Assembly: GCA_963702005.1 (NCBI GenBank)
Contig: OY969696.1
Coordinates: 3,200,001-3,264,000 of the forward strand
Length of the DNA stretch: 64,000 nt
Direction of reading: 5' to 3'
Source: Candidatus Aminicenantes bacterium
GTDB taxonomy: Bacteria; Acidobacteriota; Aminicenantia; Aminicenantales; JAFGBC01
Position 1 is the stretch's first letter; each line of letters opens with the position of its first letter. This document shows, piece after piece, positions 39,387 to 48,875 of the stretch. The notes under the pieces are model-generated. The model saw only the letters and a program-made list of their open reading frames with translations. It did no database searches and had not been told where the DNA came from. The position numbers and the translations under genes are program-made.

Positions 39387-39731
39387 ATGGACACGAATGC
39401 CTGGATCAAAGATTTTCCGGGAGCGGTGACGGTCTGCGATGCGGAAGGCCGGATCGTTGCCATGAACGACCGAGCGCTTGAGGTATTTGCGGCCGACGGC
39501 GGGGCGAAGCTCATCGGCACCGATATTCTCGACTGCCACCCCGAACCGAGCCGGTCGAAACTCAAGGGGATGATGGACGAACGCCGAACGAACGTTTACA
39601 CTATTCAGAAGAGCGGGAAGAAAAAGCTGATCTTCCAGGCTCCTTGGTTCGTGAAAGGGACCTACGCCGGTTTCGTCGAGCTGTCGCTCGAAATCCCGTG
39701 GGAGATGCCCCACTTCAATCGCGACAAATAA
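39387..39731 (+). CDS. Stand-alone PAS domain protein
   Basis: VTVCDAEGRIVAMN, LIG-ILDCHP; GGGAGG RBS. Confidence 0.8.
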   Translation: MDTNAWIKDFPGAVTVCDAEGRIVAMNDRALEVFAADGGAKLIGTDILDCHPEPSRSKLKGMMDERRTNVYTIQKSGKKKLIFQAPWFVKGTYAGFVELSLEIPWEMPHFNRDK

Positions 39732-39900
39732 AATAACGATACAAGATCACATCTACCGCGTCGTGAATTGAGTTCCCTCCGGACTGAATCCGCCAAATCC
39801 CGGCAGGTCGGCGGACTATCCCCCGGTCATAATTATATTGCAATAAAAAAAAGGAATCCTATACTATTCGTTGGTAATGAAACAACGGAGGTTATTATCC

Positions 39901-42426
39901 ATGCTTAAAAAGATCTCGATCGCGCTCGCGTTAGGTTGTCTTCTCGGCACGGCCGCGGCTCCATTCCTCGACGCCGCGCAGGCGGCGAAGCCCGACTTGA
40001 AGCCCGTTGAAATCAGTCTTGAACGCCAGTCTCCCGCAACGGCTCCCGTCAGCGTCCAGGTCACGGTCCGCATCCTGAATGCAGGAGCTTGCATAAAAAA
40101 TACCCATTTTCGACTCGACCTCCTTTGGCGCCCTCGTCCCGACGGCTCCTGGTCCAAGCTCAAGGAATGGGACTGCCCTCCCCTGTGTTCGAACGCCGAA
40201 GGCGCCGTTCAGACAACGGCCGACCTCCCCAAGGCCGGCTCCTATGATTTCAAGGCCGTCGCCGACGCCGGGGACGCCGTTGCGGAATCGGACGAGGCCA
40301 ACAACACGATCGAGGCCTCCCGCGACATCGCCGCCGAAGAGCCTGGCCCCGCGGCCGGCGACCCGCTCCAGAATCAGCGAGATCAACAAACGCCCGCCGA
40401 GCCCAAAGTCAACGCCGGAAACCTCGAGATCGTCGTGACGGCGACCCGCATGGATATCCCCCTCAAAAATAACCCGGCCGCGACGACCGTCGTCGAGACC
40501 GCCCTTCTCCGCAACATGCCCAGGACGATCGCCGCCGACGAAGCTTTCAAGCTCGTGCCCGGGGTCAAGGTCGACAACCAGGCCGATGGGGAGCGGGTCC
40601 ATCTCTCCATCCGGGGCCAGGGCATCCTGACCGAGCGGGGCACGCGCGGCGTCAAGACGCTCGTCGACGGCATTCCCCTCAACGATCCCTCGGGCTTCGT
40701 GGCCGACTTCTTCGATATCGATTGGGCGACCGTCCGCCGGATCGAGGTCCTGCGCGGCCCGGCCGCGGCCTTTTACGGCAGCGGCTCGTCGGGGGGCATC
40801 CTGAATATCCTGACCCGGGACGGAAGCTCGGCCTGCGCCGCCGGCAACGGATTCCTCAGCGCCGGATCCTTCGGATTCGTCAAGGGGCTGGCCGAGGCCG
40901 GAGGCACGACTGGGCCGTTGAACTACCGAATCTCGGGATCCGGCCTCTCGGGCCGGGGTTACCGCGATCATACCAAATACTGGGCCGACAATTTCTACGG
41001 CAAGTTCCACCTCAAGGCTGCCCCCGCAATCAAGCTGACGGCCGTCCTAGGCTGGACCGACTTTTTCAACGAAAACGCCGAAGGCCTCAACCTCGACTGG
41101 TTCAGCGCCGACCCGAGCAGCCTGCGCCGCAAGGCCAATCCCGACGCCTACAAATTCAACGAATACCAGAGGACGAGCCGGGCGACGGCCGGCCTGACGG
41201 GAACGATCAGCCTGGGGGCGAACTGGGACTTGGGACTAACCGCCTATTTCCGTCACACCAAATACAAAGAAGCCGTCCCCTCCTCGCTCATCCACCGCTC
41301 CTACGACACCCCCGGGTTCTCGCTCCAGGTCAACCATCGCGCGGGCGAAGGCTGGCTCAAAAACCATTTGAGCGTCGGAACCGATCTCGCCTGGCAGACC
41401 CTCGACGAATTCAAGCATCCCAACCTGGGCAACGCCGTCGAGGGGCCCGAACTTCTCTCCGACCAAACCATGAGCCAAAGCGGGGCGGGCGTCTTCGTCC
41501 TGGACCGCGTCGAGCTCGGCGCGCACTGGGGCCTGTCGCTGAGCCTCCGTTACGACAAGGTCGGCAACACCCTCGACGATAAGTTTCGAGCCGGAGGGAT
41601 CGATTTCTCGGGCGAAGCCGACTACGAGAAGGCGACGGGCCGGGTCGGACTGACTTGGAATCCCGCCTCCGACCTCGGATTCTACGCGAGTTGGGGAACC
41701 GGTTTTCTGCCTCCCGGAACCAAGGAACTCGTCAACAATCCCTACGCGCTCGGAGGCTTCAACACCCGGCTCGTCTCGGCCACATCGAGGGGCGAGGAGG
41801 TCGGCGCCCGGGGCTCGGTCGGAAGCTCCTTCGTCTACGACGTCGCCCTCTTCCATCTCGCCACCGATCATGACTTCGGCCGCTACCGCATGGCGGCGCG
41901 GCCTCTCGAGACCTTCTACGGCAACGTCGGCGCGACGACCCGCTACGGACTGGAGACGTTCCTCGGCTGGTATCCGATCGAACCCTTGGCCTTGAAACTG
42001 GCCTACACCTATTCCCGGTTCAAGTACGATTCCGTCCAGACGCTGGACGCGGGGGTGACCTACACCAAAACCTGGCTGCCCAATTCCCCCCAGCATCAGA
42101 TCTATCTCGACGGCGAGCTCAAGATCCTGCCCGAGCTGACGGCCGGCGCCGCCCTGGAACACCTCAGCTCCTGGTACGTCGACGCGACGAACCGGGTCTT
42201 CCCGAACGGATACGGCCGCACCGACCCTTACACGCTCGTCCACGCCCGGCTGAGCTATCGGTTTAATCTCGACGGGAAGCCCTTCGAGATCGTCCTCTCA
42301 GGCCGGAACATCTTCGGCGTCGAATATTATGGATTCACCGAGCCCGATCCGGACGGAAATTCCTACCAGCCCGCGGCGACGGCGGAATGGACGCTCGGGT
42401 TGAGGGTCAGCCTGGGCCAGCAATAG
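39901..42426 (+). CDS. TonB-dependent receptor with an N-terminal CARDB (Ig-like) domain
   Basis: Signal peptide; CARDB pattern PDL...ADAGDAVAESDEANNT; TonB box EIVVTATR; plug motifs SIRG, LVDGIP and IEVLRGP...YG. Confidence 0.88.
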   Translation: MLKKISIALALGCLLGTAAAPFLDAAQAAKPDLKPVEISLERQSPATAPVSVQVTVRILNAGACIKNTHFRLDLLWRPRPDGSWSKLKEWDCPPLCSNAEGAVQTTADLPKAGSYDFKAVADAGDAVAESDEANNTIEASRDIAAEEPGPAAGDPLQNQRDQQTPAEPKVNAGNLEIVVTATRMDIPLKNNPAATTVVETALLRNMPRTIAADEAFKLVPGVKVDNQADGERVHLSIRGQGILTERGTRGVKTLVDGIPLNDPSGFVADFFDIDWATVRRIEVLRGPAAAFYGSGSSGGILNILTRDGSSACAAGNGFLSAGSFGFVKGLAEAGGTTGPLNYRISGSGLSGRGYRDHTKYWADNFYGKFHLKAAPAIKLTAVLGWTDFFNENAEGLNLDWFSADPSSLRRKANPDAYKFNEYQRTSRATAGLTGTISLGANWDLGLTAYFRHTKYKEAVPSSLIHRSYDTPGFSLQVNHRAGEGWLKNHLSVGTDLAWQTLDEFKHPNLGNAVEGPELLSDQTMSQSGAGVFVLDRVELGAHWGLSLSLRYDKVGNTLDDKFRAGGIDFSGEADYEKATGRVGLTWNPASDLGFYASWGTGFLPPGTKELVNNPYALGGFNTRLVSATSRGEEVGARGSVGSSFVYDVALFHLATDHDFGRYRMAARPLETFYGNVGATTRYGLETFLGWYPIEPLALKLAYTYSRFKYDSVQTLDAGVTYTKTWLPNSPQHQIYLDGELKILPELTAGAALEHLSSWYVDATNRVFPNGYGRTDPYTLVHARLSYRFNLDGKPFEIVLSGRNIFGVEYYGFTEPDPDGNSYQPAATAEWTLGLRVSLGQQ

Positions 42427-42434
42427 CCCCGGCC

Positions 42435-43391
42435 TCAGATTTTCTGGAAGAGCTCGCTGCCGATGCCGCTGGCCAGAAAGCGCTCCTTTTTATTCGCGAG
42501 GAGCTTCTGGGTCCAGTCCGTCAGGCCGCCGTCGACGAGATGATCGTAGATTCCACCCTTCCGCCCCGCGATCCGGATATTGAAACAAAGCCCCGTATAG
42601 TACCCGACCCCAGCCCGCCGGCCGGGATCGAAGGCGAACGAAGCGCCCGGAAAGCGTGCGGCCAGCGCGTCTAAGACTTCCCTCTTCAGGATGTCCGTAT
42701 TCCTGCCGCCGAGGTCGGTCAGGAGAACCTCGACTTTGCCCGCCGCCGGATCCTCGAAGTCGATGATCCCGTGGAGGAGCGACAGGTAGAAACCGATGTG
42801 CTCCCGCGCGTTCTCGGTTTCGAAGGCCAAGCCTCCCGTGTCGCGCCCCGCGGTCACGAGGCAAAAGACCTTGAAGTGGGCCGTATATTTCTCATCCAGG
42901 AGGGGCTGGGCGCGGACGTGCCGGTGGCTCGCGCATAATTTCGTCGGGGCACGGAGGTCGCCGCTCCGGCCGCGGAGATCCCTACGCCGCAGGGCGCATT
43001 CCAGGGCCAGGACGTTGGTCGCGTCGGCGACCAGCTCGGTCGCCCGGAGGGCGCCCACGATGTTGTTCTGATTGACCGGCGCGACGGCCGCGCATGTCCC
43101 CAGGGGGCAGAGCGGCGAAAGCTCGACGGCTTCGAACCCGGACGGCAACAGAGAATAGGCTTTGAGGTCGAATTTCGCGAACACGACGGGATCGATGACC
43201 GAAGGCCGGACGAACCGGTTTTCGCGATAGGCTTTGAGAAGCCCGGCCGGCGTGACCGTCCTGGCCCGACGCGCATAGATCTCGATGAGCAGAGACTGGA
43301 GGTCGCTGGCCGAAAGGCGCTCGGCCAAGATGTCGACGAGGCCGGTACAGCCGGTCGCGCCGACGATCCGCTCGAGAAGCTTTTCGTTCAC
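42435..43391 (-). CDS. Hypothetical protein resembling a class II aaRS (HisRS/HisZ-like) catalytic domain
   Basis: GFEAVELSP, HRHVRAQP...AHF, GYYTGLCF, LVDGG and SGIGSE segments. Confidence 0.55.
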   Translation of the reverse strand: MNEKLLERIVGATGCTGLVDILAERLSASDLQSLLIEIYARRARTVTPAGLLKAYRENRFVRPSVIDPVVFAKFDLKAYSLLPSGFEAVELSPLCPLGTCAAVAPVNQNNIVGALRATELVADATNVLALECALRRRDLRGRSGDLRAPTKLCASHRHVRAQPLLDEKYTAHFKVFCLVTAGRDTGGLAFETENAREHIGFYLSLLHGIIDFEDPAAGKVEVLLTDLGGRNTDILKREVLDALAARFPGASFAFDPGRRAGVGYYTGLCFNIRIAGRKGGIYDHLVDGGLTDWTQKLLANKKERFLASGIGSELFQKI

Positions 43392-43428
43392 AACTCCGGC
43401 CCCCGGAAAGACGGACAGGACCCCGCGG

Positions 43429-44028
43429 CTATCGGGCCGCGTTTTGGAGCATGACCCGCATCGTTTCGTAGCCTACCGTTTCGCTGACGGCCTCGACATA
43501 TCCGGTTTGGACGGCGCTGGGGCTCATCAGGGCGTCCTTGATCATGAAGGCGTTGAAATCCAGGTCCAGCGCGCCGTGGTAAGTGGCCAAGACGCAGCCT
43601 GTGGCGCTGAGCCCGCAGAGAAAAACGGCGTTGACCCCCTGATCGCGCAGGAGTTTCTCGAGTCCGGTCTTCTTGAATGCGTTGGGAAAGTTCTTGACGA
43701 TCTGAGGGTCGTCGGACTTGACCTCGATGTCCTGGGGAAAATCGAAGTCCTTCGTCCCGGCCGCGGGCCCGTAGCCGGGATCGGTATGATGGACGCGGAT
43801 GACGGGGCAATGGAAAAACCGGAAGAGAGAGATGGAGCTGTTGATCATCCAAGTGACCTGGGTCCGGTCCTTGGGCTCCATCAGGGGCAGGAAGGCGTTT
43901 TGAATGTCGATGATGAGGAGCGCCGGTTTCAGCCGGGGCGGCGCCGCTTGTTGGACCGAAGCGGACGGCCCGGCCAGGGCCGCTATTAGGAGCGCGCTCA
44001 TGACGATCGAAACCGTGAGTCTTTTCAT
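43429..44028 (-). CDS. Isochorismatase-family cysteine hydrolase with a signal peptide
   Basis: ALLIIDIQN, IVK-PNAF and GLSATGCV motifs. Confidence 0.9.
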   Translation of the reverse strand: MKRLTVSIVMSALLIAALAGPSASVQQAAPPRLKPALLIIDIQNAFLPLMEPKDRTQVTWMINSSISLFRFFHCPVIRVHHTDPGYGPAAGTKDFDFPQDIEVKSDDPQIVKNFPNAFKKTGLEKLLRDQGVNAVFLCGLSATGCVLATYHGALDLDFNAFMIKDALMSPSAVQTGYVEAVSETVGYETMRVMLQNAAR

Positions 44029-44112
44029 GGAACCTCCTTACGATATCTGGATTTCGGCTCGACCGCCGCCCTCCCCGTACAGGGACCTTTATAATACCCG
44101 TCGAGGGAATCT

Positions 44113-44183
44113 GTCAACCCCTCAACCCCCAGCTATAAGGCGGGGCTGTTCGGGATGACACTGAGGCTCTGCGAACGTGTCAA
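44113..44183. mobile_element. Degenerate GTCAA-bounded mini-element, followed by a hairpin remnant to about 44222
   Basis: Begins GTCAACCCCTC, ends GCGAACGTGTCAA; TCCACGGAC...GTCCATGGA follows, similar to 17913-17936. Confidence 0.6.
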
Positions 44184-44243
44184 TCCCCTTCGCGGGATTC
44201 CACGGACGTTAGTCCATGGAGCTTCAGGCGAGGCGAGAGAGGC

Positions 44244-44699
44244 TCAGCGCCCGGCACGCTCGGGAAGTACGAACTCGATCCGGTCCGGAACTTTGAGCTT
44301 ATGGGTTCGAGCGCTTCCGGCCTTGAGCTCGAGGACATACAGCGCGGGCAGCTCCGGCCCGTAGGAGGGACAGGGATCCGTTAAGCAGGGCGAGACGTCC
44401 TCTTCGATATGGATGATCCTCCGCTCCCGGTCGAGCCAGAGCATGTCGAGCGAAATCGTGCAGTTCTTCATCCAGAAGGAATGGATACTCTCTTCTTCAA
44501 AAACGAACAGCATGCCCTGGTCGGAGTTGATCCGCTCCCGGAACATGAGCCCCCGCATCCGCTCCGCATCGGTCACGGCCAGCTCGGCCGTGATCGAGGC
44601 CCCGTCGGGCAGGAAGACCTTCACGAAGCGGGGCCGTCGCGGCGCTTGGGCGCAAAGGCTCACCGCGGATAGGGCGAGGATAAGGACCGTTTTTTTCAT
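44244..44699 (-). CDS. DUF192 family protein
   Basis: ELA...RMRGLMFR, GMLFVF, FWMKN, LDMLW and YVLELKAG motifs. Confidence 0.92.
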   Translation of the reverse strand: MKKTVLILALSAVSLCAQAPRRPRFVKVFLPDGASITAELAVTDAERMRGLMFRERINSDQGMLFVFEEESIHSFWMKNCTISLDMLWLDRERRIIHIEEDVSPCLTDPCPSYGPELPALYVLELKAGSARTHKLKVPDRIEFVLPERAGR

Positions 44700-44719
44700 G
44701 ACCGCTCCTAACATGTACG

Positions 44720-45433
44720 CTAATCCGGGCCGGAAATCAAGGGAACAAACCGGACCGAAAGGAGCCGGGTCCGCTCGAATCCCCGTTGGGTCCGGACGAT
44801 CCGGACAAGCTCTTGGGATATGGATCCGATAGGGATGATCATCCGGCCTCCGACCTTAAGTTGGTTTTCCAGGGCGGCCGGGATCTCGTCCGGGGCCGCG
44901 GCGACGAGGATGGCGTCGAAAGGCGCTTGCTCGCTCCAGCCCAGCGCCCCGTCTCCGGACCGATAAACGATATTCCGGTATCCCAGCCCTTCGAGCGTTT
45001 CCCGGGCGCGCCGTGACAGGGATTCGATGATCTCCACCGTGTCGACCTCGCGGACGATCTCGGCCAGAACGGCCGTCTGGTACCCGGAGCCCGTCCCGAC
45101 CTCGAGGACCTTGTCGTCTCCGCCCAGCGCCAAAGCCTCGGTCATGAAAGCCACGATGTAGGGTTGGCTGATCGTCTGCCCTTCGCCGATGGGCAGCGGT
45201 TCATCGCTATAGGCATGGGGTTGAAGATTGGCGGGGACGAAGACATGGCGCGGTATCTTTCTCAGAGCGGCCAGGACCTTTTCGTCCCTGACGCCGCGAG
45301 CGGCGATCTGGGCCTCGACCATGCGGAGCCGTCGCCTATCGAAATCGGACGCCGCGGCGGATGCGGCTTCCCCCTTTAGGCGCTGGCCGGCGCCCCGCTT
45401 CAGCATCCGTCTCAGCGGTCCTATGGGGGCCAC
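44720..45433 (-). CDS. pcm: Protein-L-isoaspartate O-methyltransferase
   Basis: PRHVFV, GQTISQP, VLEVGTGSGY, APFDAI and VRFVPL motifs; start uncertain. Confidence 0.95.
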   Translation of the reverse strand: MAPIGPLRRMLKRGAGQRLKGEAASAAASDFDRRRLRMVEAQIAARGVRDEKVLAALRKIPRHVFVPANLQPHAYSDEPLPIGEGQTISQPYIVAFMTEALALGGDDKVLEVGTGSGYQTAVLAEIVREVDTVEIIESLSRRARETLEGLGYRNIVYRSGDGALGWSEQAPFDAILVAAAPDEIPAALENQLKVGGRMIIPIGSISQELVRIVRTQRGFERTRLLSVRFVPLISGPD

Positions 45434-45451
45434 GGCCGTCCCCGGCCGGCC

Positions 45452-46888
45452 TCAGTAGGCCTTCGCGAAATAGGCCCGGTCGACGGCCGGCTTCCCGCAG
45501 GCGACGCAAGCTCCGGCGGCGGCATTCGCGCCGGCCTCCCCAGGAATCACCCGAATGGTGGCCATGGTCTCGTTCTTGATCTTTTCCTCGCAGTCCTCCC
45601 CGCCGCACCAATCCGCGATCACGAAGCCGCGCTTCGTCTCCAGGATCTCCTTGAACTCCTGGTAGCTTCGGGCTTCCCGGGTGTTCTCTTCCCGGAAGCG
45701 AAGGGCCCGGTCGAAGAGGCTTTTCTGGATTTCGGCGAGGAGGACCGGCAGCCGGTCCTTGAGCGAGCCGAGGGCGATCGATTCCTTCCGACGGGAATCG
45801 CGCCGCACGGCGACGGCCGTTCCCGCTTTGACGTCGCGGGGTCCGATCTCGATCCGGAGAGGGACGCCCCTCATCTCATGTTCGGCGAATTTCCAGCCGG
45901 GCGTGTACTCCTCCCGGGCGTCAAGCTCGACCCGGAGGCCGTACGATTTGAGCTCCCGCTCGACCTCGCGGGCGACGGGAAGGACCGAGGTTTTCCAGTC
46001 GCCGAGCGCGATGGGGATGATGACCGCCTGGACGGGCGCCACGTTGGGCGGGAAGGCCAGCCCGGAATCGTCGCCGTGCACCATGATCAAGGCGCCGATC
46101 AGCCGGGTCGTGGTGCCCCAGGAGGTTTGCCAGACGTATTGGAGGGCCTGGGCGCGATCCTCGAATTTAATATCGAAGGCCTTAGCGAAATGCTGGCCCA
46201 GGTTGTGCGAGGTCCCCATCTGGAGGGCCTTGCCGTCCGACATCAAGGCCTCGATGGCGTAGGTCATCTGGGCCCCGGCGAATTTCTCGCGGAGCGACTT
46301 GCGTCCGGCGATGACCGGGACGGCCAGCTCGGTCTCGCAGAACTCCTTGTACATCTCCAGGATCTTCAAAGTCTCGGCCTCGGCCTCCTCGGCCGTCTCG
46401 TGGCAGGTGTGGCCCTCCTGCCACAGAAACTCGGTCGTCCGCAGGAAAGGCCGCGTCACTTTCTCCCAGCGGACGATATTGGCCCACTGATTGATGAGGA
46501 CGGGCAGGTCCCGCCAGGATTTGATCCACTTCGAATACATGTGGCCGATGATCGCCTCGGAGGTCGGCCGGACCGCCAGCTTCTCCTCGAGCTCCTCCTT
46601 GCCGCCGATCGTCACCCAGGCCACTTCGGGCGAGAAGCCCTTGACATGCTCGGCCTCCTTCTGAAGAAAGCTCTCCGGGATGAATAGCGGGAAATAAGCG
46701 TTCCTGTGGCCGGTCGCCTTGATGCGCTGATCCATCAGCCGCTGGATGTTTTCCCAGACGGCATAGCCGTAGGGACGGATGACCATCATGCCCTTCATCG
46801 GCGTGTAATCGGCGAGTTCGGCTCTGCGGATGATCTCGACGTACCAAGCCGAGAAATCCTCGCTTTTAGCGGTGACCTGCTTGACCAA
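45452..46888 (-). CDS. proS: Proline--tRNA ligase (archaeal/eukaryote type)
   Basis: DFSAWY, YFPLFIP, VRPTSE, FLRTTEFLWQEGHT, QMGTSHNLGQ and terminal FAKAY; TTG start 46888 behind GAGGAG. Confidence 0.97.
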   Translation of the reverse strand: MVKQVTAKSEDFSAWYVEIIRRAELADYTPMKGMMVIRPYGYAVWENIQRLMDQRIKATGHRNAYFPLFIPESFLQKEAEHVKGFSPEVAWVTIGGKEELEEKLAVRPTSEAIIGHMYSKWIKSWRDLPVLINQWANIVRWEKVTRPFLRTTEFLWQEGHTCHETAEEAEAETLKILEMYKEFCETELAVPVIAGRKSLREKFAGAQMTYAIEALMSDGKALQMGTSHNLGQHFAKAFDIKFEDRAQALQYVWQTSWGTTTRLIGALIMVHGDDSGLAFPPNVAPVQAVIIPIALGDWKTSVLPVAREVERELKSYGLRVELDAREEYTPGWKFAEHEMRGVPLRIEIGPRDVKAGTAVAVRRDSRRKESIALGSLKDRLPVLLAEIQKSLFDRALRFREENTREARSYQEFKEILETKRGFVIADWCGGEDCEEKIKNETMATIRVIPGEAGANAAAGACVACGKPAVDRAYFAKAY

Positions 46889-46937
46889 ACGCTCCTCTGG
46901 GCTCAAGGGTTGACTCCTGGGGTGGCTGTACCGGCAA

Positions 46938-46966
46938 ATTTTAGTCGCCCCCCCGGAGTTTGTCAA
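46938..46966 (-). promoter_or_regulatory. sigma70 promoter of proS
   Basis: Minus strand TTGACA-17 bp-TAAAAT. Confidence 0.75.
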
Positions 46967-47064
46967 GAAAAGGGGGGTGAGGCCAAAACGGCAGTTCCGG
47001 ACGGCACCTCCCCGCCAAGGGGCCCGGAAGGTGACAAAAATAAAAAAAAAATTCACCCCTGATT

Positions 47065-47080
47065 TCACCCTGGGGGGTGA
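47065..47080. promoter_or_regulatory. Candidate NarL/LuxR-type 7-2-7 operator
   Basis: TCACCCT-GG-GGGGTGA; further half-sites at 46974-46980 and 47053-47059. Confidence 0.5.
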
Positions 47081-47151
47081 TTGACCCCGCAGGAAGGGAC
47101 ATGGCATTGTAGGCACGATTTGAGCAGGGACTTTAGACGAAGGATTCGATC

Positions 47152-47511
47152 ATGCTAAGGAAATCTTCCAGCAGCGATGCCCTTAGGCTGGGCGCCCTCG
47201 AGACGGGATTCAAACTTCCCCTGGCCACGACCGTCGAGGGGCAGGACGCCCAGGGCCGGCGGTTTCGGGAAGACACCAAGCTCTCCTACATCAGTCACCA
47301 GGGCGCCTCGTTCCTCCTCAAGAGCTCCATGACGATCGGCGCCAAGGTGAAGCTGATCATCGACCTTCCCCCTAGGCTTTCCGAGGACAAAGACCTCAAG
47401 CTCGCCATCCACGGCAAAGTCGTATTCGTCGAAGCGGGCGACCACGGGGAGGGACGCCTGAAGATTTCGGTCCGCCTCGAAAGCAAATACATCATCAAGC
47501 CCGAAGAATAA
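47152..47511 (+). CDS. PilZ-like domain protein (degenerate c-di-GMP motifs)
   Basis: FKLPL-VEG...F-E-T-L-YISHQGASF...IGAKVKL...GKVV pattern shared with 48876-49298. Confidence 0.65.
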   Translation: MLRKSSSSDALRLGALETGFKLPLATTVEGQDAQGRRFREDTKLSYISHQGASFLLKSSMTIGAKVKLIIDLPPRLSEDKDLKLAIHGKVVFVEAGDHGEGRLKISVRLESKYIIKPEE

Positions 47512-47632
47512 CCCCCGACACCCCCCCAGGGGTACCGTCCGGAGCGATCCGGGGTTAGTCCATATCACCCTCCAAATCACCGCAAAGAGGGATTGTCGAA
47601 GGAAGCCGTCTGTCTCATAATCAGCCTCTGCG

Positions 47633-48004
47633 ATGAATCGAGTGAAAACTGCCGAAAAATCATCCATCCAAGGCGCGACCGAAGAGGGAAAGAGAGAGCG
47701 GTCCTTCGAGCTCTCTCTTTCCGCTCTGGTATCGGGCCGGGACGTCCTGGATCGGGAATTCGAGGAAGAAACCTATATCGTCTCCATCAGCGCCCGGGAG
47801 GTCCACGTCGGGCTGACCTCGCCCGTCCAAACCGGTGCCAAGCTCCGGCTCAGCCTCCAAGTCCCCCAAACCCTCTACTTGGAAAAAGGACTATCCCTGG
47901 CCCTCTCGGGGACCGTCGCCCAGGTTCGGCCCGAATTCCCCCTGTCCTCGAAACGCTCGGTTTTACTGCGGCTCGACCGCCGGTTCCGGATCGAGCATAA
48001 CTGA
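47633..48004 (+). CDS. PilZ-like domain protein (degenerate)
   Basis: KRERSFELSL...FEEET-IVSISA...GAKLRL...GTV; paralogous to its neighbours. Confidence 0.6.
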   Translation: MNRVKTAEKSSIQGATEEGKRERSFELSLSALVSGRDVLDREFEEETYIVSISAREVHVGLTSPVQTGAKLRLSLQVPQTLYLEKGLSLALSGTVAQVRPEFPLSSKRSVLLRLDRRFRIEHN

Positions 48005-48054
48005 TCCCCCCCACCCCGGCCGATTTCGCCCCAAAAAGAGACATGCGATCGTTC

Positions 48055-48083
48055 TTGACAAAAAGTGTCCATTTATATAAAAT
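48055..48083 (+). promoter_or_regulatory. sigma70 promoter of the LuxR-family gene (near-leaderless)
   Basis: TTGACA-17 bp-TAAAAT, 10 bp before ATG 48094. Confidence 0.75.
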
Positions 48084-48093
48084 TTGCCTAAAA

Positions 48094-48846
48094 ATGAAGA
48101 AGATAGCCAAAAAAGACACGGCTGCTAAAGGGGAGACGGCCAGCAAGAAAGAACCCGCGCCCCCCAAGGCCAAACCCGTCGTCAGGACCAACGGACAGGT
48201 CCAGGTCCTCGTCTTCTGTCCCTCGGACCTGATCCTGGCCGGCATTCTCAAAGCCCTGGAACCGGACGCCGCGATCGAGGTTCTTAACATCGAGAAGAAC
48301 ACGATCGATATCTTCATGGATTCCATCCGGAAGCTCCGGCCCGAGGTCGTCCTGTTCGCTTCGATCGAGCCGCTCCCCAACATACGGGAGATCTGCAAGG
48401 CGATCCGCGAGCTGGCCAAAGGCCAGAAGACCCAGCTCCTCCTGCTGGGCAACATCCCCTCTCACGAGGAAGTCGTCGGACTCATCAATTCCGGGGCCAG
48501 AGGTTACTTCGACCTCAACGACCCCCTCAGCCAGTTGACCGAGGCCATCCGGATCGTCCAGAAGGGAGAGATCTGGCTGCCCCGCGACAAGATGTCGAGC
48601 ATCATGGACCGGATCATCTCGGTCGTCGGCCGCGACATGAAGGAAAAGACGCTCGACCAGCTGACGCCGACCGAATTCCAAGTCCTGCGGCTTATCGGCC
48701 AGGGCAAGAGCAACGACGAGATCGCCGAGGTTCTGTTCATCAGCAAGAACACCGTTCGTTCCCATATCAAGAGCATCTACGCCAAACTCGATACGCACAG
48801 CCGTCTCCAGCTCGCCCTCTACGCGATTAACTCAGCCCTCTTCTAA
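48094..48846 (+). CDS. NarL/LuxR-family response regulator with an atypical receiver domain
   Basis: LTPTEFQVL...GKSNDEIA...ISKNTVRSHIKSIYAKL HTH; receiver-like RPEVVLFA and GARGYF. Confidence 0.88.
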   Translation: MKKIAKKDTAAKGETASKKEPAPPKAKPVVRTNGQVQVLVFCPSDLILAGILKALEPDAAIEVLNIEKNTIDIFMDSIRKLRPEVVLFASIEPLPNIREICKAIRELAKGQKTQLLLLGNIPSHEEVVGLINSGARGYFDLNDPLSQLTEAIRIVQKGEIWLPRDKMSSIMDRIISVVGRDMKEKTLDQLTPTEFQVLRLIGQGKSNDEIAEVLFISKNTVRSHIKSIYAKLDTHSRLQLALYAINSALF

Positions 48847-48875
48847 GGACGGTCGGGGGATCCGACGAGGACGCC

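Noticed and set aside
39732-39900. Possible cobalamin or other riboswitch before the TonB receptor
   Set aside because: No B12 box or other recognisable motif; the apparent promoter (TTGCAA-16-TATACT, 39838-39865) leaves too short a leader
46889-47116. T-box leader or N-terminal extension for proS
   Set aside because: The promoter at 46938-46966 leaves a leader of only about 40 nt and there is no T-box sequence
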